Source: Candidatus Bathyarchaeota archaeon (GTDB lineage: Archaea; Thermoproteota; Bathyarchaeia; Bathyarchaeales; Bathycorpusculaceae). Taken from it: a stretch of DNA of 64,000 nt. The first letter of the stretch is position 1. Every line of letters begins with the position of its first letter. Under the pieces are notes generated by a model. That model was given only the letters and a program-made list of their open reading frames with translations. It had not been told where the DNA came from and did no database searches. The DNA lies in NCBI GenBank assembly GCA_963720565.1, contig CAVRFW010000008.1, positions 32,001-96,000 on the forward strand. Reading direction: 5' to 3'. The position numbers and the translations under genes were made by a program. This document shows, piece by piece, positions 51,296 through 61,726 of this stretch.

Positions 51296-51913
51296 CTATT
51301 TTTGTTTTTGAGATTGCGCCTTCTTGTTGAGCGCTTCGAGTTTTTCGGTGACTTTTTGCGATCGTTTCTCAGCGTCGGCCAGAAGTGGTTTCCAGTCTTT
51401 GTTTTTGATTGTGTTGGTTAAGCGTTCAGTTTCTATCGGAAGCCTTTCCAGTGCCCCTGAGAATCGCTGTTCTGCTTCTTCATCCGTGGTAATCGTTTCC
51501 AAGGCTTCTTCAGGGCAGGCTTCGACGCATTTTGGTTCGCCTCCACAGAAATCGCATGTTGTAGCTTTGCCAGTGTCGGGGTGTATTGTAATTCCTCCAT
51601 GGTCGCACGCTTGGACGCACCAGTCGCAGCCTTTGCATTGTTTTTCCTTGAGCATTATTATGCCAGTATTTTCAGATTGAACCAGAGCTTTTTCCGGACA
51701 AGCTTTAACACATTTAGCATCTTCGCAGAATCTGCAAGCGAGTGCGAAATTGAACAACGGCGTCATGCGAACGACGCGAATGCGGGAGCGTATTGGGTTC
51801 CAGATTGTTTCGCCTTTCTCCAAAGTGCAGGCATATTCGCAAATTCCGCAGCCAGTACACTTACTTGGGTCAACTGAGACAAATTTTCTGGATTCAAACT
51901 TGGAAGGTGACAT
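51296..51913 (-). CDS. 4x[4Fe-4S] electron-transfer protein (DmsB/HydN/CooF-like) with helical C-terminal tail
   Basis: CTGCGICEYAC, CRFCEDAKCVKACP, CKGCDWCVQAC, CDFCGGEPKCVEACP. Confidence 0.9.
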   Translation of the reverse strand: MSPSKFESRKFVSVDPSKCTGCGICEYACTLEKGETIWNPIRSRIRVVRMTPLFNFALACRFCEDAKCVKACPEKALVQSENTGIIMLKEKQCKGCDWCVQACDHGGITIHPDTGKATTCDFCGGEPKCVEACPEEALETITTDEEAEQRFSGALERLPIETERLTNTIKNKDWKPLLADAEKRSQKVTEKLEALNKKAQSQKQK

Positions 51914-52131
51914 TTCTGATATTTGAGTTGTTTGGAGTATCTAAATATTTCTGTATTTTCGACTTATTTTCTTTGAGTTACTCTGGAAAATCCGCGTCCA
52001 ACCATGTTCCTGTGGAAATTCTGAGTCTCGGATTTGGCTTTTCCGTTCTGAGAGAAAATGCCATTGCTAAAGCTTCTGTGTTTGGGAGAGACAGGGTATT
52101 CTAAGCAATGAGAAGGAAAAAAGGAGAGGGA

Positions 52132-52809
52132 TTATTCTCTGCTTGATAGGATTATTATGTAGTCTGCGGTGTCTGCACACATGTCTGCAGCATGTTCGAT
52201 GAATTCGATGAGATCGTCAAAAATCACCATTGCGCCGCAGTTTATTTGTTCGCCGTATTTCACGAACAGTGTTTTGGCTTTAAGGTATTCGGCGTCAAGG
52301 TCGTGTTCGATGTCTCCTACTTTCTTAGCTAGTTCTATAGCCTCGATGGGGTTTAAGGACATTTTTTCGATGCTGCTCCGCAGGGTTTGGGCGGTCTCTA
52401 CAAGTTTTTCAGTCATGAAGACTGTTTTTTTGCATAGTTCCTCGGGGATTTTTGTTTCGCCGAGCATGACTAGACAACGTGCTGCATCTTTGGTGTGGTC
52501 TGCTAGAGTATCAAGTCTTTTTACGAGATGCAGCAGGTCTTCGCGGTAATCTGCTACGAGGGCTGCGCCTTTTGAAAGCTCTGTAAATACGTCTGTTCGT
52601 AGCTTGTCAACTTCTTCTTCTGCAAGGAAAAGGTTCTGTATGTACCGGTTAGCTTCTGGGATTTTGCCCTCAGAAAAGCTTTTCATAGCTTTGTTGAGCC
52701 AGGTTACTGTGTCGAAGGCTTTTGTTATTTGCTCATGGGCAAGTTCAAGCCCTTTTGTTTTGCGACGTTTTTCAAACCATCCGTAGCTTCTCTTTTCCAC
52801 TGGGTGCAT
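52132..52809 (-). CDS. DUF47/PhoU-like phosphate transport regulator
   Basis: EEEVDKLR, REDLLHLVKRLD, EHDLD, ADMCAD. Confidence 0.88.
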   Translation of the reverse strand: MHPVEKRSYGWFEKRRKTKGLELAHEQITKAFDTVTWLNKAMKSFSEGKIPEANRYIQNLFLAEEEVDKLRTDVFTELSKGAALVADYREDLLHLVKRLDTLADHTKDAARCLVMLGETKIPEELCKKTVFMTEKLVETAQTLRSSIEKMSLNPIEAIELAKKVGDIEHDLDAEYLKAKTLFVKYGEQINCGAMVIFDDLIEFIEHAADMCADTADYIIILSSRE

Positions 52810-52931
52810 CTCCGTTTGTAACTATTTGGGGAGGTTCACATATAACCCTTATCTTGTTGTTCGAGCAGACGAAACATATGTCAAAGGTTTTTTTGTTGGT
52901 TCGGTCTTTCGGTGGCTTCAGTCTGTTGGAT

Positions 52932-53846
52932 TCATGTTCTAAGAACGGTGTTTGCCAGTTCGATCTTGTCTTTTAGACTCTTCATTATTGTGTTTGTGGC
53001 TACGGTTTCGATGCCCAAGTTTTCTATCTGATCCTTTTCTTTGGCATCAACCTTGTCTAGAATGAAAGTGTCTAGGAAGTCAGAATAGAGCTTGGCCACG
53101 GAAAAAGCGGAGACTTCTAGACCTAGTCCCTTCATCAGTTTGTCCGCGGGGCCTTTGATGGGCTTACCCGAGACTATGGGGCTGATCGCCACTTTTCTTG
53201 CTTCAGTACGTTTCAAGGCGTCTCTGACTCCTTTCACAGACAGGATGGTTCCGATGCTTACTATCGGGTTGCTTGGGCAGATTATCACCAATTCAGAATC
53301 TAGGATTGATTCCAGGACTCCGGCGGCCGGTTTCGCGCTTTCTGAACCTGCGTATTCGACACCTAGTACTCTGTCTCTTGAACCTCTTTTTACCAGGTAT
53401 TCTTCGAAGTGGATCGGGCCGACGTCTGTTATGACTCTGGTTTCAAATTTGTCGTTTGTCATGGGGATTATGTTTTCGCGGAGTCCCAAGAGGCAGCTGA
53501 TGTTTTTGGTGACTTGTGATAGAGTTAAGCCGTTTTTGAGAAGGTTTGTCCTGAAAATGTGCGTGGCAAGGTCTTTGTCGCCTAAATGGAACCATACTTC
53601 CTCCATTTTCGTGAGCTCTTCTATGCAATGGAAAGTGTCGTTTTTTATGCCCCATCCTTTTTCTTCGTCAACGATTCCTGCCAGCGTATACATGACGATG
53701 TCTATGTCTGGGCTTATGTGCAAACCAAACAGTTCGATGTCGTCGCCTGTGTTCACAACTATGGATAAGTCGTCTTCGCCGATGACTTGCGACAGCCCCG
53801 TGAGGAAACGCGCCGCCCCTGTTCCGCCGGCCAAGGCCGTTATCAA
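52932..53846 (-). CDS. cofD: 2-phospho-L-lactate transferase
   Basis: LAGGTGAARF, NTGDD, SPDID, WFHLGDKD, HFEEY, PSNPIVSIG, GPA. Confidence 0.95.
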   Translation of the reverse strand: MITALAGGTGAARFLTGLSQVIGEDDLSIVVNTGDDIELFGLHISPDIDIVMYTLAGIVDEEKGWGIKNDTFHCIEELTKMEEVWFHLGDKDLATHIFRTNLLKNGLTLSQVTKNISCLLGLRENIIPMTNDKFETRVITDVGPIHFEEYLVKRGSRDRVLGVEYAGSESAKPAAGVLESILDSELVIICPSNPIVSIGTILSVKGVRDALKRTEARKVAISPIVSGKPIKGPADKLMKGLGLEVSAFSVAKLYSDFLDTFILDKVDAKEKDQIENLGIETVATNTIMKSLKDKIELANTVLRT

Positions 53847-53879
53847 ATTGGTGACCCCGAAAAAACTGTTTATTGCTTG

Positions 53880-54345
53880 TTACGGTCTGTGAGCCTCTTT
53901 CTCAGAGACCCAGTACTCGTTGGTTGAGCCTTTTGCGTCGGTGATTCGTTCTTTCTTGAAGACAGGCGCCTCTTTTTTGTACCTTTCCACGGCTTCTTCT
54001 AGGACGGGGAAAACGTCGGTTCTGATGCGAGCCGGCGACTGAAACGTAAACCATGTCTTCGGTTACATCGAAGTCTCCCAGCAAGTGGTGAATTTGAACG
54101 TTAACTATTCCGGGTTTCTTGGATAGGTCGTCGCATATTTTCTCGAGGACTTGGTTTGCTTTTTCCTCGTATGCTTCCAAGGTGAGTTTCTGGACTTTTT
54201 CGCCGGTTAGGGTTTCGCCGCGGGCAACGCCGATGAATAGGGCTATTGCCCCAGCTTTTTCGAAGCCATCACTCGTTTTGACGCTGCTAATCACGTCGGA
54301 GAGGGCGAATTTTCCTTTTTCGTGGACTCCAGCATTTGTGGTCAA
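53880..54345 (-). CDS. moaE: Molybdopterin synthase catalytic subunit with an apparent +1 frameshift near 54024
   Basis: GAIALFIGVAR, LEAY, VAGSH|RTDVF...YKKEAPVFKKE after removing one base. Confidence 0.88.
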
Positions 54346-54478
54346 AATTGTCGCTTCCTCAATCTAAGATCTCAATTTAACCTAAGTAATCCGTCTCTAA
54401 AGACGTTTCGCATAAAAGACTGCAATTAAGATGGAGTGAAAAGTAGGTTGTGTGCTTTCGAAGCAAGAATCGGGCGTG

Positions 54479-55090
54479 CTATGCTGTTTGTTCTTGCGTT
54501 GGGACCTGTTCTGGTGCGGACAGTAGTTTTGATTTTCTTATGCCTACGTGTCGGAGAGGAGCTACTTTCTTAGCTTCGTTGTATATGTCTGAGGCTATTT
54601 TTCCCAAGACCACTTCTTGTACGAAGCTGTCTAGGTTTAGTCCAGAGGATTTCTCTTTAACGGTTCTGTCCATGATTTCGCGAATAATCTTCTCTTGAGA
54701 TGTTTTGATTCGTGAGAGCGTTAGGGCTGAAACGGAAATTCTGAGTTTATAGCCGTCTTTAGTTGTTAAGTTGAAAAGGCCGTCAACTTTTGTGGTTCTT
54801 CGCCTTACCAAGCTTCTGAGATAGTCGCGGCTGTACTCGTGTCCTTTGAACAGTGTTTTGGCTGTTTTGCCGTCGATTTCATTTATCTGGAAGAACATTT
54901 TCAAGTACATATGTGAAAAGTCGCCTGTAATGTCGTAGAGAGTCGCTTCGACAACTCTTCCGATGAGCTGCTCTGGTTCTTCTGCTGGAACTGCGCCTAG
55001 CTCTACGTTTCCGAAGAAGGGAGGCGCGATTACCATGTGCCAGGCTTTGCCTCGCCATTTGTCACGCATCTGTTTTGATTTTGAAGACAA
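54479..55090 (-). CDS. rps3ae: 30S ribosomal protein S3ae (eS1)
   Basis: DKW, GRVVEATLYDITGD, RDYLRSLVRR, PLRHVGIRKSK. Confidence 0.97.
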   Translation of the reverse strand: MSSKSKQMRDKWRGKAWHMVIAPPFFGNVELGAVPAEEPEQLIGRVVEATLYDITGDFSHMYLKMFFQINEIDGKTAKTLFKGHEYSRDYLRSLVRRRTTKVDGLFNLTTKDGYKLRISVSALTLSRIKTSQEKIIREIMDRTVKEKSSGLNLDSFVQEVVLGKIASDIYNEAKKVAPLRHVGIRKSKLLSAPEQVPTQEQTA

Positions 55091-55140
55091 GTATATCCTC
55101 CGAATGCGGCTTGAACATTCTCAGAGATGTATTAAAAGGT

Positions 55141-56431
55141 TTACCGTTTCTGATTTATCTTCTCGATGTCGCCCATGTATTTTCTTAGTACTTTTGGGAT
55201 AGATATTGTTCCGTCTGCTTGTTGGTAATTCTCCATTAGGGCAACTATTGTTCTGCCCGTGGCTATGGCTGTCGAGTTCAGTGTGTGGACGAAGCCTTTT
55301 GTGGGTGCACCTTCTTTTTCTCTGTACCTTATGTTTAGTCTTCTTGCCTGATAGTCTGTACAGTTGCTGCAAGAAATGATTTCTCGGTAAGCGTTTTGCG
55401 CGGGCATCCACGCTTCGATGTCATATTTCTTGGCTGCGACTGTTCCTATGTCGCCTGTGCACACGTTGACTATTCTGTATGGAAGACCGAGTTTTTGGAC
55501 GATGTCTTCGGCATTGTGCAGTAGTTCTTCGTGGATTTTCCATGAGTCTTCGGGTTTGCAGAATACAAACTGCTCTATCTTGTTGAACTGGTGGGTTCTG
55601 AAGATACCGCGTGTGTCCTTGCCGTGGACTCCAGCTTCTTTTCTGAAGCACGGGCTTACCCCTGCAAGTTTTATTGGCAGATCGTCTTCTTTGAGCACTT
55701 CGTTCATGAACATTGCGGCCATGGGATGCTCGGAGGTTGCTATTAGGTAAAGGTCTTCGTTTTCGACTTTGTATAGCACGTCTGCGAAGTCTCCGAGGGA
55801 TGTTACGCCTTCGTATGGTTCACGCCTCATCAAGTATGGGGGTTCAATGGGCACGTAGTCCTTTTTCACCATTTCTTCCATGGCAAAACTCATTAGAGCC
55901 ATATCCAGAAGGGCTCCTTGCCCTTTCAGATAGAAAAATCGGGCTCCGGCGACTTTTCCAGCTCTTTCCACGTCGATCAGGTTCAAGGCTAAGGCTAAGT
56001 CTGTATGGTTCTTTATGGGAAAATCGAATTTTGGCATTTTTCCCCATGTTTTCGTTTGTACATTGTCATTTTCATCTTTTCCGAAGGGTACGGAGTCATG
56101 CAGTAGATTGGGTAGACGCATCAAGAATGAGTGTGTGGTCTCTTCTGCTTGAGTTACTTCTTTCTCGACGGCGGTTATTCTGGCGTCGATTGCTCGCGCT
56201 TCTCCGAGTTTGCTGCTGGCGTCTTTTCCGGACTTCTTCAGGGTGGCGATGTCCATGGTTATTAGTTTTCGCTCGTGCCGCAGGTCATTGAGTCTTGTAA
56301 GGTCTTCACGCCATTTCTTGTCTGTCAAAATTAGTTCTTCGAGCATTCTGACGTGTTTCAGGGTTTCCTCGTTTGGACAGATTGGCCCTTACAAAATCGG
56401 GGTTTTCGCGGATAAGTTTGATGTCTAGCAT
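55141..56431 (-). CDS. serS: Serine--tRNA ligase with an apparent +1 frameshift near 56355
   Basis: MLDIKLIRENP N-terminus lies one frame off from the body (ATSEHP, FRKEAG, HQFNKIEQF, SCSNCTDYQARRL, HTLNSTA). Confidence 0.95.
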
Positions 56432-56586
56432 TTTGCTCACGGAGTTGGTTGAGTAGTTTTAGATTTGCCTCATTATATAAACTTGCTACGTGGGGCATAC
56501 AATTTTTTTTCTTCCTGCAACGGAGGCTAACTGAGAAAGATTTAATTCTGCGCACGCTCGTGATTGGAATAACAGGTTGAAACGGA

Positions 56587-57636
56587 ATGGCTAGGCTTTC
56601 AGAGTTAAAACTTGCTATGGGAACCAGCATTCTAATCGCGGGTTTCGTATTTGGCATTTTCATAGTGGCTGTGCTATTCCTCTTGCAGTTTGATTACGTA
56701 ACGGGGGCAATTCTATCCTTAGCGGGCGTTGGTCTCTACATACTCGTTCAATACTTGATCGGACCAATGGTTGTAGCCTCTTCGACGCGCTTGAATTACG
56801 TTAAGCCGGGAGAGAATCCGTGGCTCGAATCGACGGTTAAGGAGCTTGCAGACAAAGATGGTTTGCCGATGCCTAGAGTAGCCGTGGTTCCCAGTAGTGC
56901 TCCTAACGCTTTTACTTTTGGCAGGACTTCCAGCAACGCTACTTTGGCCGTTCATGAAGGATTGCTAAACAACCTGAACAAAGACGAGATTAAAGGTGTA
57001 ATCGCCCACGAGCTGGGTCATATTAAACACAAGGATTACATTGTTATGACGGTTCTGTCGGCGTTGCCGTTGATTGCCTATATCGTAGCCAACTTGACAT
57101 TGCGGGCTGGTATGTCCAGTGCCAGGTATGGACGGAGAGGCAAGAAAGACAATTCAGGCGGGGCTTTGGTGATAATTGGTATTATCTCGTTTGCAGTTTA
57201 TATTGTTACTTTCTTGAGTGTTATGAGGCTTAGTCGTTTGCGGGAGCATTTTGCAGATGCCTATTCTGCGTATTTGACGGGGTCACCCAAGAGTCTTGAG
57301 AGTGCCCTTACGAAAATCTCTTACGGCTTATCCGTTGCTCCTCAGCAATCTTCCCAGGTGCGGGCTTTCTATATTGAGGATCCTGCGCGTGCTAAGCAGG
57401 AAACGCAGGCCATAACAGAGAAGAAAAATGAGTATGACCTGGATCAAGACGGCGTTTTGGATGAGCGAGAGTTGGATCTCGCCATGGAGAAAGAAGCCAA
57501 GTCTACATGGAACCAACTAAACAGCCTATTTGCAACTCACCCCTCAACTTTCAAGCGGATAATGCTTTTGAGAGAGATAGGGAATGAGATGCAAACCGGG
57601 AATTATTCGAGCGACCGCATCTACTCGCATATATAA
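56587..57636 (+). CDS. htpX: Zinc metalloprotease HtpX (M48)
   Basis: PNAFTFG, AHELGH, SRLREHFAD, THP. Confidence 0.93.
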   Translation: MARLSELKLAMGTSILIAGFVFGIFIVAVLFLLQFDYVTGAILSLAGVGLYILVQYLIGPMVVASSTRLNYVKPGENPWLESTVKELADKDGLPMPRVAVVPSSAPNAFTFGRTSSNATLAVHEGLLNNLNKDEIKGVIAHELGHIKHKDYIVMTVLSALPLIAYIVANLTLRAGMSSARYGRRGKKDNSGGALVIIGIISFAVYIVTFLSVMRLSRLREHFADAYSAYLTGSPKSLESALTKISYGLSVAPQQSSQVRAFYIEDPARAKQETQAITEKKNEYDLDQDGVLDERELDLAMEKEAKSTWNQLNSLFATHPSTFKRIMLLREIGNEMQTGNYSSDRIYSHI

Positions 57637-57711
57637 GGGACTCATTTGTTAGCGCGTTCTTTGAGCGTGTGAAAACAAAACTTTTTATTAATTCAATAGA
57701 AATCTAAGCTC

Positions 57712-58122
57712 ATGAAAGAATCCTCTGGGAAGTACGAGGACATTGACCAATACGAACTGAAGGCGCTAAAAGAAATAAAGGAAAATTTGGATCGTGACGA
57801 GGGAAAGACAGGGTACGTTGACCTTGTGAAAGGCGTTGCGTGCGGTTTAGTCTTTGGAATAGGCGGGATCCTGTTTGCTCTATCTCTTTACCCCGTTGTT
57901 GAGACGCTTATGGAGGGAGGAAATATGACAGGGTTTGTGGGAAACTTGATCGTGTGCGCAGTTTGCCTTGTCTTGATTGTCTTGTTGGGCATATATCTGC
58001 TCCGACAGCTTTCTCGAGTGAAGAGCAAACCGAGACTGTCTAGAGAAAGCGCAGAAGTTTTAGATTATGCAATAAGACGCCGCCAGCATACCCTTGAACA
58101 AAGAGAGACGCAAAAACTGTAA
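57712..58122 (+). CDS. Hypothetical two-TM membrane protein
   Basis: Two hydrophobic helices; TATA-like tttttatta upstream. Confidence 0.65.
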   Translation: MKESSGKYEDIDQYELKALKEIKENLDRDEGKTGYVDLVKGVACGLVFGIGGILFALSLYPVVETLMEGGNMTGFVGNLIVCAVCLVLIVLLGIYLLRQLSRVKSKPRLSRESAEVLDYAIRRRQHTLEQRETQKL

Positions 58123-58386
58123 TCGAATGTGAGTTAATCGCGCATTGCGGGAATCGTTTAGTGTATCAGTGAAACCGTGCAGCCCAAGAATAGATAAAGA
58201 ATCATAATACCCAAGTTGGTTCTACGCGCGAAGGTTATCGCGTTTGTTTGCTATTTGGAGGGTTCAGACTTTCTTTTGCCCGATGCGATGCTTATGATGA
58301 AAAGGGCAAGTCCTATCAAAATACAGATTTGCGCGGCAGCGGCGAAATTCAATAGATATAAGGAAGCCCCAATACATAGGACCAAG

Positions 58387-58938
58387 ATGCCCAGCAGCAA
58401 AACACTTGAAACCAAAAATCAGTCTCCTCGAAACATTATTCTCTACATCGTTGCCGCAGCTATAATTATTTTGGCGTTATATTACTTGCCAAATTATTTC
58501 TTTCTTGAAAAAGCAACGGCTGAACACACTGCTGTGTTGCTTAATTCGCTTGGAATGAACGTGCAGACAAAGATTGTTGGCGAAAGCGTTTTTCTGGAAG
58601 ACATCAAAATAGTGAAGGATTGTACTGGAGTGCAAGTTATCGCAGTTTTCTTTGGACTAATTATTCCTGTTCCAAAGGCTTCTTGGAAAAACAAGATTCT
58701 CACTCTTGCGATTGTTTCCACGATTCTTTATGTTGCAAACTTGTTACGGATAGCTCTTGAGTTTGGTTTGGTTTACCTCAAAATACTGCCTTGGTCTTTA
58801 GCGCACTATCCTCTTAGCCTCTTGCTGGGCATTATAGGAGTGTTTGTACTCGTGTTTGTTGCTAATCGTCTGTTGCCTGAGTTCGGGGATTTCCTCTTCG
58901 GTATTACTCGCGGCCGGATTGCCTACTCATCGAAGTAG
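58387..58938 (+). CDS. Archaeosortase/exosortase family protein
   Basis: IVKDCTG (Cys), ANLLRI (Arg), AHYP (His) in a multi-TM protein; start set to MPSSK. Confidence 0.85.
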   Translation: MPSSKTLETKNQSPRNIILYIVAAAIIILALYYLPNYFFLEKATAEHTAVLLNSLGMNVQTKIVGESVFLEDIKIVKDCTGVQVIAVFFGLIIPVPKASWKNKILTLAIVSTILYVANLLRIALEFGLVYLKILPWSLAHYPLSLLLGIIGVFVLVFVANRLLPEFGDFLFGITRGRIAYSSK

Positions 58939-60036
58939 AAGGCAGAGATATTGCGGATCTTTTGCGTGTGAGGAAATACAGTGCTGCGAACCCAAGAATC
59001 AAGCCGATAAGTATCGATTCAATTGGAAAACCCGGAATCTCTATCCCGGTTTCGCCTCCTACTGTGTAGGAGTAGGTGGTGGAGTCTGAAACGTTTCCTT
59101 CTGTGTCTGTTACTGAGGCATAAAACTCCACATTTGTGCCATCTGCTTGTTGGGGTATGGTTGCCTTGTATGACGATCCTTGCCGGGTCATGGTAATTGT
59201 TCTTTGTGAGCCTCCATCTATCGAGTAGTGCAGTACAACTTGGCTAATGGAGCTCTGGGTATTTACTGAGACGGTTACGACTACGTTGTCTTCTGCTTGC
59301 GGATTCAGTGGGAGAATAGCTGATGTTGGTTATCAACGAGGAAGAACCTATCGGGTAAACTTCAAAGTTCTCCGTCAGTGTAGTCTGGAGGAGTCCAGCC
59401 TAAAGGATTGTTTTCTCCCGTGGCTTCGACCCATATCCATCCTTCGCCTTTTCCATCGTTCAGGTTCCAGTAATAGTTGGCGTTTGAGTATTCTGGGAGC
59501 CAAATCATCAAAGCGACGTGCTCGGGCGGGGAAATTATAGCCACATCGAAGCCTGCAGCTAGGTAGATTGTGGAACATAAGAAAGCCATGTCTTCACAGT
59601 CCCCGGTTGCCACGGCTAATGTGTTTTGGTTAAACATGTGTGCCATTTCGTCTGCGTTCCAAGCCCATTCCGCTTGGGCTTCTCCTTCGACAAAGACATT
59701 TTCTTCGTCGTAGCCATAATCAGTCCATCTTTGGACGTATGAGAGGATTGCTTCGGCTCTGTCCACTTTTTCCGGATAGTTGGTCTTGAACGATTCGCCA
59801 ATGCTGTAAGCTTTTTCCTTGTATTCTCCAATTGATTCAAAAGCGATATTAGGGAGAAAGCCGCTGCTTCCGCCGTAATAGTCTCTATAAAATCCAAAGC
59901 TGTCGTACCAGTCTCCGTTTCGGTACGTAAATTCCGGAGGATAAACATTGCCGCTTGGAATTGCGTAGGTTGAGCTGAGCAGGGAAAAAGCGAATAGTAT
60001 TATCATTCCCGTTGCGAGGTATCGCGGCCAGATCAT
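58904..60036 (-). CDS. Secreted transglutaminase-like protein + Ig-like domain + IPGF-type C-terminal sorting signal; two apparent +1 frameshifts (about 59370 and 59311)
   Basis: Signal peptide, GDCED...HVAL...VEAT triad; read-through joins ORF 58904-59191 ending IPGFP-TM-RKR. Confidence 0.8.
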
Positions 60037-60548
60037 ATCTCTCCCCCTTCTAAGCCTAGCGGTATCATGAGGCTTCCGTAGACAATTAATCCGAGGAATA
60101 CTTCATAGCCAAAGAGGTATATTCCAACCGCCATTGGAGATTTATTCACATCATCTAAATCTATGCCAAAAGGTGTTAGTTTAGCAAAAATGACGTAGAA
60201 GAGCCATCCGAAGAGTAGGCTTACAAGCAAGCTCAGAACGACAACTAGTAGACGTTGAATGTTGAAGAAAGAACTGAATATTACAGATTGACCTAGGAAG
60301 AAAGGGTTAACCATTGATCCGTAGACAACAAGACCAGCAAAAACTAGGAACCCGCTCACGAAGAGACCTGTGCCAATCGGATCTCCTTTGATAGTTTTAA
60401 ACTCGGAGATTTTTGTTGTTATGCGAGTTAGGCTCTTTATGGCTATAAACCCAAATGCTAAGCATATGGTGCTTGAGATAAAAGCTCTGACAAACCAGAG
60501 CAGTAAAGAAGTAAGGAAGTCTGAGGGTATTGCGGACATACATCTCAC
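60033..60548 (-). CDS. DUF350-like membrane protein
   Basis: Internally duplicated two-helix unit (RITTKISEF...GDP / KLTPFGIDL...KSP); stop overlaps the downstream start. Confidence 0.65.
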   Translation of the reverse strand: MRCMSAIPSDFLTSLLLWFVRAFISSTICLAFGFIAIKSLTRITTKISEFKTIKGDPIGTGLFVSGFLVFAGLVVYGSMVNPFFLGQSVIFSSFFNIQRLLVVVLSLLVSLLFGWLFYVIFAKLTPFGIDLDDVNKSPMAVGIYLFGYEVFLGLIVYGSLMIPLGLEGGEI

Positions 60549-60731
60549 CGTAATTGTAGTAGTTTAGCTTTAGTCTGTTTATAAGCGTGTTGGCAACTCA
60601 AGCAGAAAAGTTACGTGTGAGCTTCTCCTACAGTCCGGGAGAAATTGTGTGAAGCAGTGTTGAATTCTGGGCGTAAACTTGTCAGACATGGATTTTTTTG
60701 AAAAAGAAAAAATGGAAAGTCGTTGGCTCTT

Positions 60732-60932
60732 CTACAATTTCTTCTTTACGGTTTTGGCGGCTTTTTTGGCTTCTTTGGCGCCTTTGTTTCCAGCTTTCTT
60801 TACATCTTTGGCGCCCTTAGCTCCGGCCTCTTTTACTTCTTTAGAACCCTCGGCTCCGGCTTTTTTTGCCTTCTCAGCGACTTTTTTGGCGCCTTCTTCA
60901 GTCTTCTTCTTCGCCTTATCTAGAAACGACAT
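60732..60932 (-). CDS. Small Lys/Ala-rich protein with 11-residue repeats (LEA-like)
   Basis: MSFLDKAK then KKAGAEGSKEV/KEAGAKGAKDV/KKAGNKGAKEA; GGAG SD upstream. Confidence 0.75.
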   Translation of the reverse strand: MSFLDKAKKKTEEGAKKVAEKAKKAGAEGSKEVKEAGAKGAKDVKKAGNKGAKEAKKAAKTVKKKL

Positions 60933-61026
60933 GTTTTTCTCCAAAATAGAGATTGAAACTACTTTGTTTAAAAGTCTTATGTTAGAAAGGAAAAAAGAAA
61001 AAAGTGGAGTTTGTACTAGGCTCAGT

Positions 61027-61215
61027 TTATTCTTTTTTTGCCTCGACTATTTTGGCTATTGGAGCGTTCTTCTTTACCGATTCGATGCCGCCTACACAGC
61101 CATCCTTTGAACCATATCCTTCGCTTGTCGCTATGATTTCGCCGTTGCCTGCTTTCAAACGGAACCTGTACTTACCCTTCTTGTCAACATACCATTCAAA
61201 CACTGGTTCAGGCAT
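61027..61215 (-). CDS. YegP/DUF1508 (UPF0339) family protein
   Basis: FEWYVDKKGKYRFRLKAGNGEIIATSEGY...GIESVKKNA. Confidence 0.92.
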   Translation of the reverse strand: MPEPVFEWYVDKKGKYRFRLKAGNGEIIATSEGYGSKDGCVGGIESVKKNAPIAKIVEAKKE

Positions 61216-61348
61216 AAACTATACCCGAATATTCATTTTGAATCATTCTGCTTAAAAGCTTATCCGAGTCCTTTCCACGCCGACGCTGAAGGCGGTGCAA
61301 AGTTTTAAATATGATTTTTGTCGAAACGAGTATTTGGAGGAGATCTTA

Positions 61349-61567
61349 TTGGCAGAGAAAGCAGCGTCTGTTATGAAGGAGCTTGTGATTAGTTTCATCG
61401 GGTTAGCGATTGCGTTGTTGTTCAGTGCTTTGGCTTTGGGCATTGCGAACTGGGGCATTGGGGCTTTTGGCATTACTGGCGATGCGTCTAAGGCTGCGGC
61501 GATAATAGCTGTGGCTATCGTGATTGGCCCGACGATTGCGGCGTTCGCTACAAAGAAATACTTCTAA
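61349..61567 (+). CDS. Small two-TM membrane protein
   Basis: GGAGG SD before TTG at 61349; two hydrophobic helices. Confidence 0.6.
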   Translation: MAEKAASVMKELVISFIGLAIALLFSALALGIANWGIGAFGITGDASKAAAIIAVAIVIGPTIAAFATKKYF

Positions 61568-61726
61568 ACTCTAAAACCGCAATTGAGACAGAACAACAAT
61601 ACGCCTCCCCTTTTTTCCTTTTCCCAAGACATTATTAGCCGCTTTGTTTTGAAAACGAAATTGCTTAAACAAGGGGCGAAGACTAATATCTCACGATTTA
61701 TGCTTATTTTGCCAAGTGATTAAGGA

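Noticed and set aside
53092..53892. Long antisense ORFs (also 41503-42243, 60679-61110, 61847-62716)
   Set aside because: Shadows of cofD, the corrinoid/mtrH genes, the Lys-rich protein and the cinA-like gene
55141..56431. Programmed frameshifting or true pseudogenisation of serS
   Set aside because: No slippery site, and the same +1 pattern recurs in unrelated genes, so sequencing error is more parsimonious
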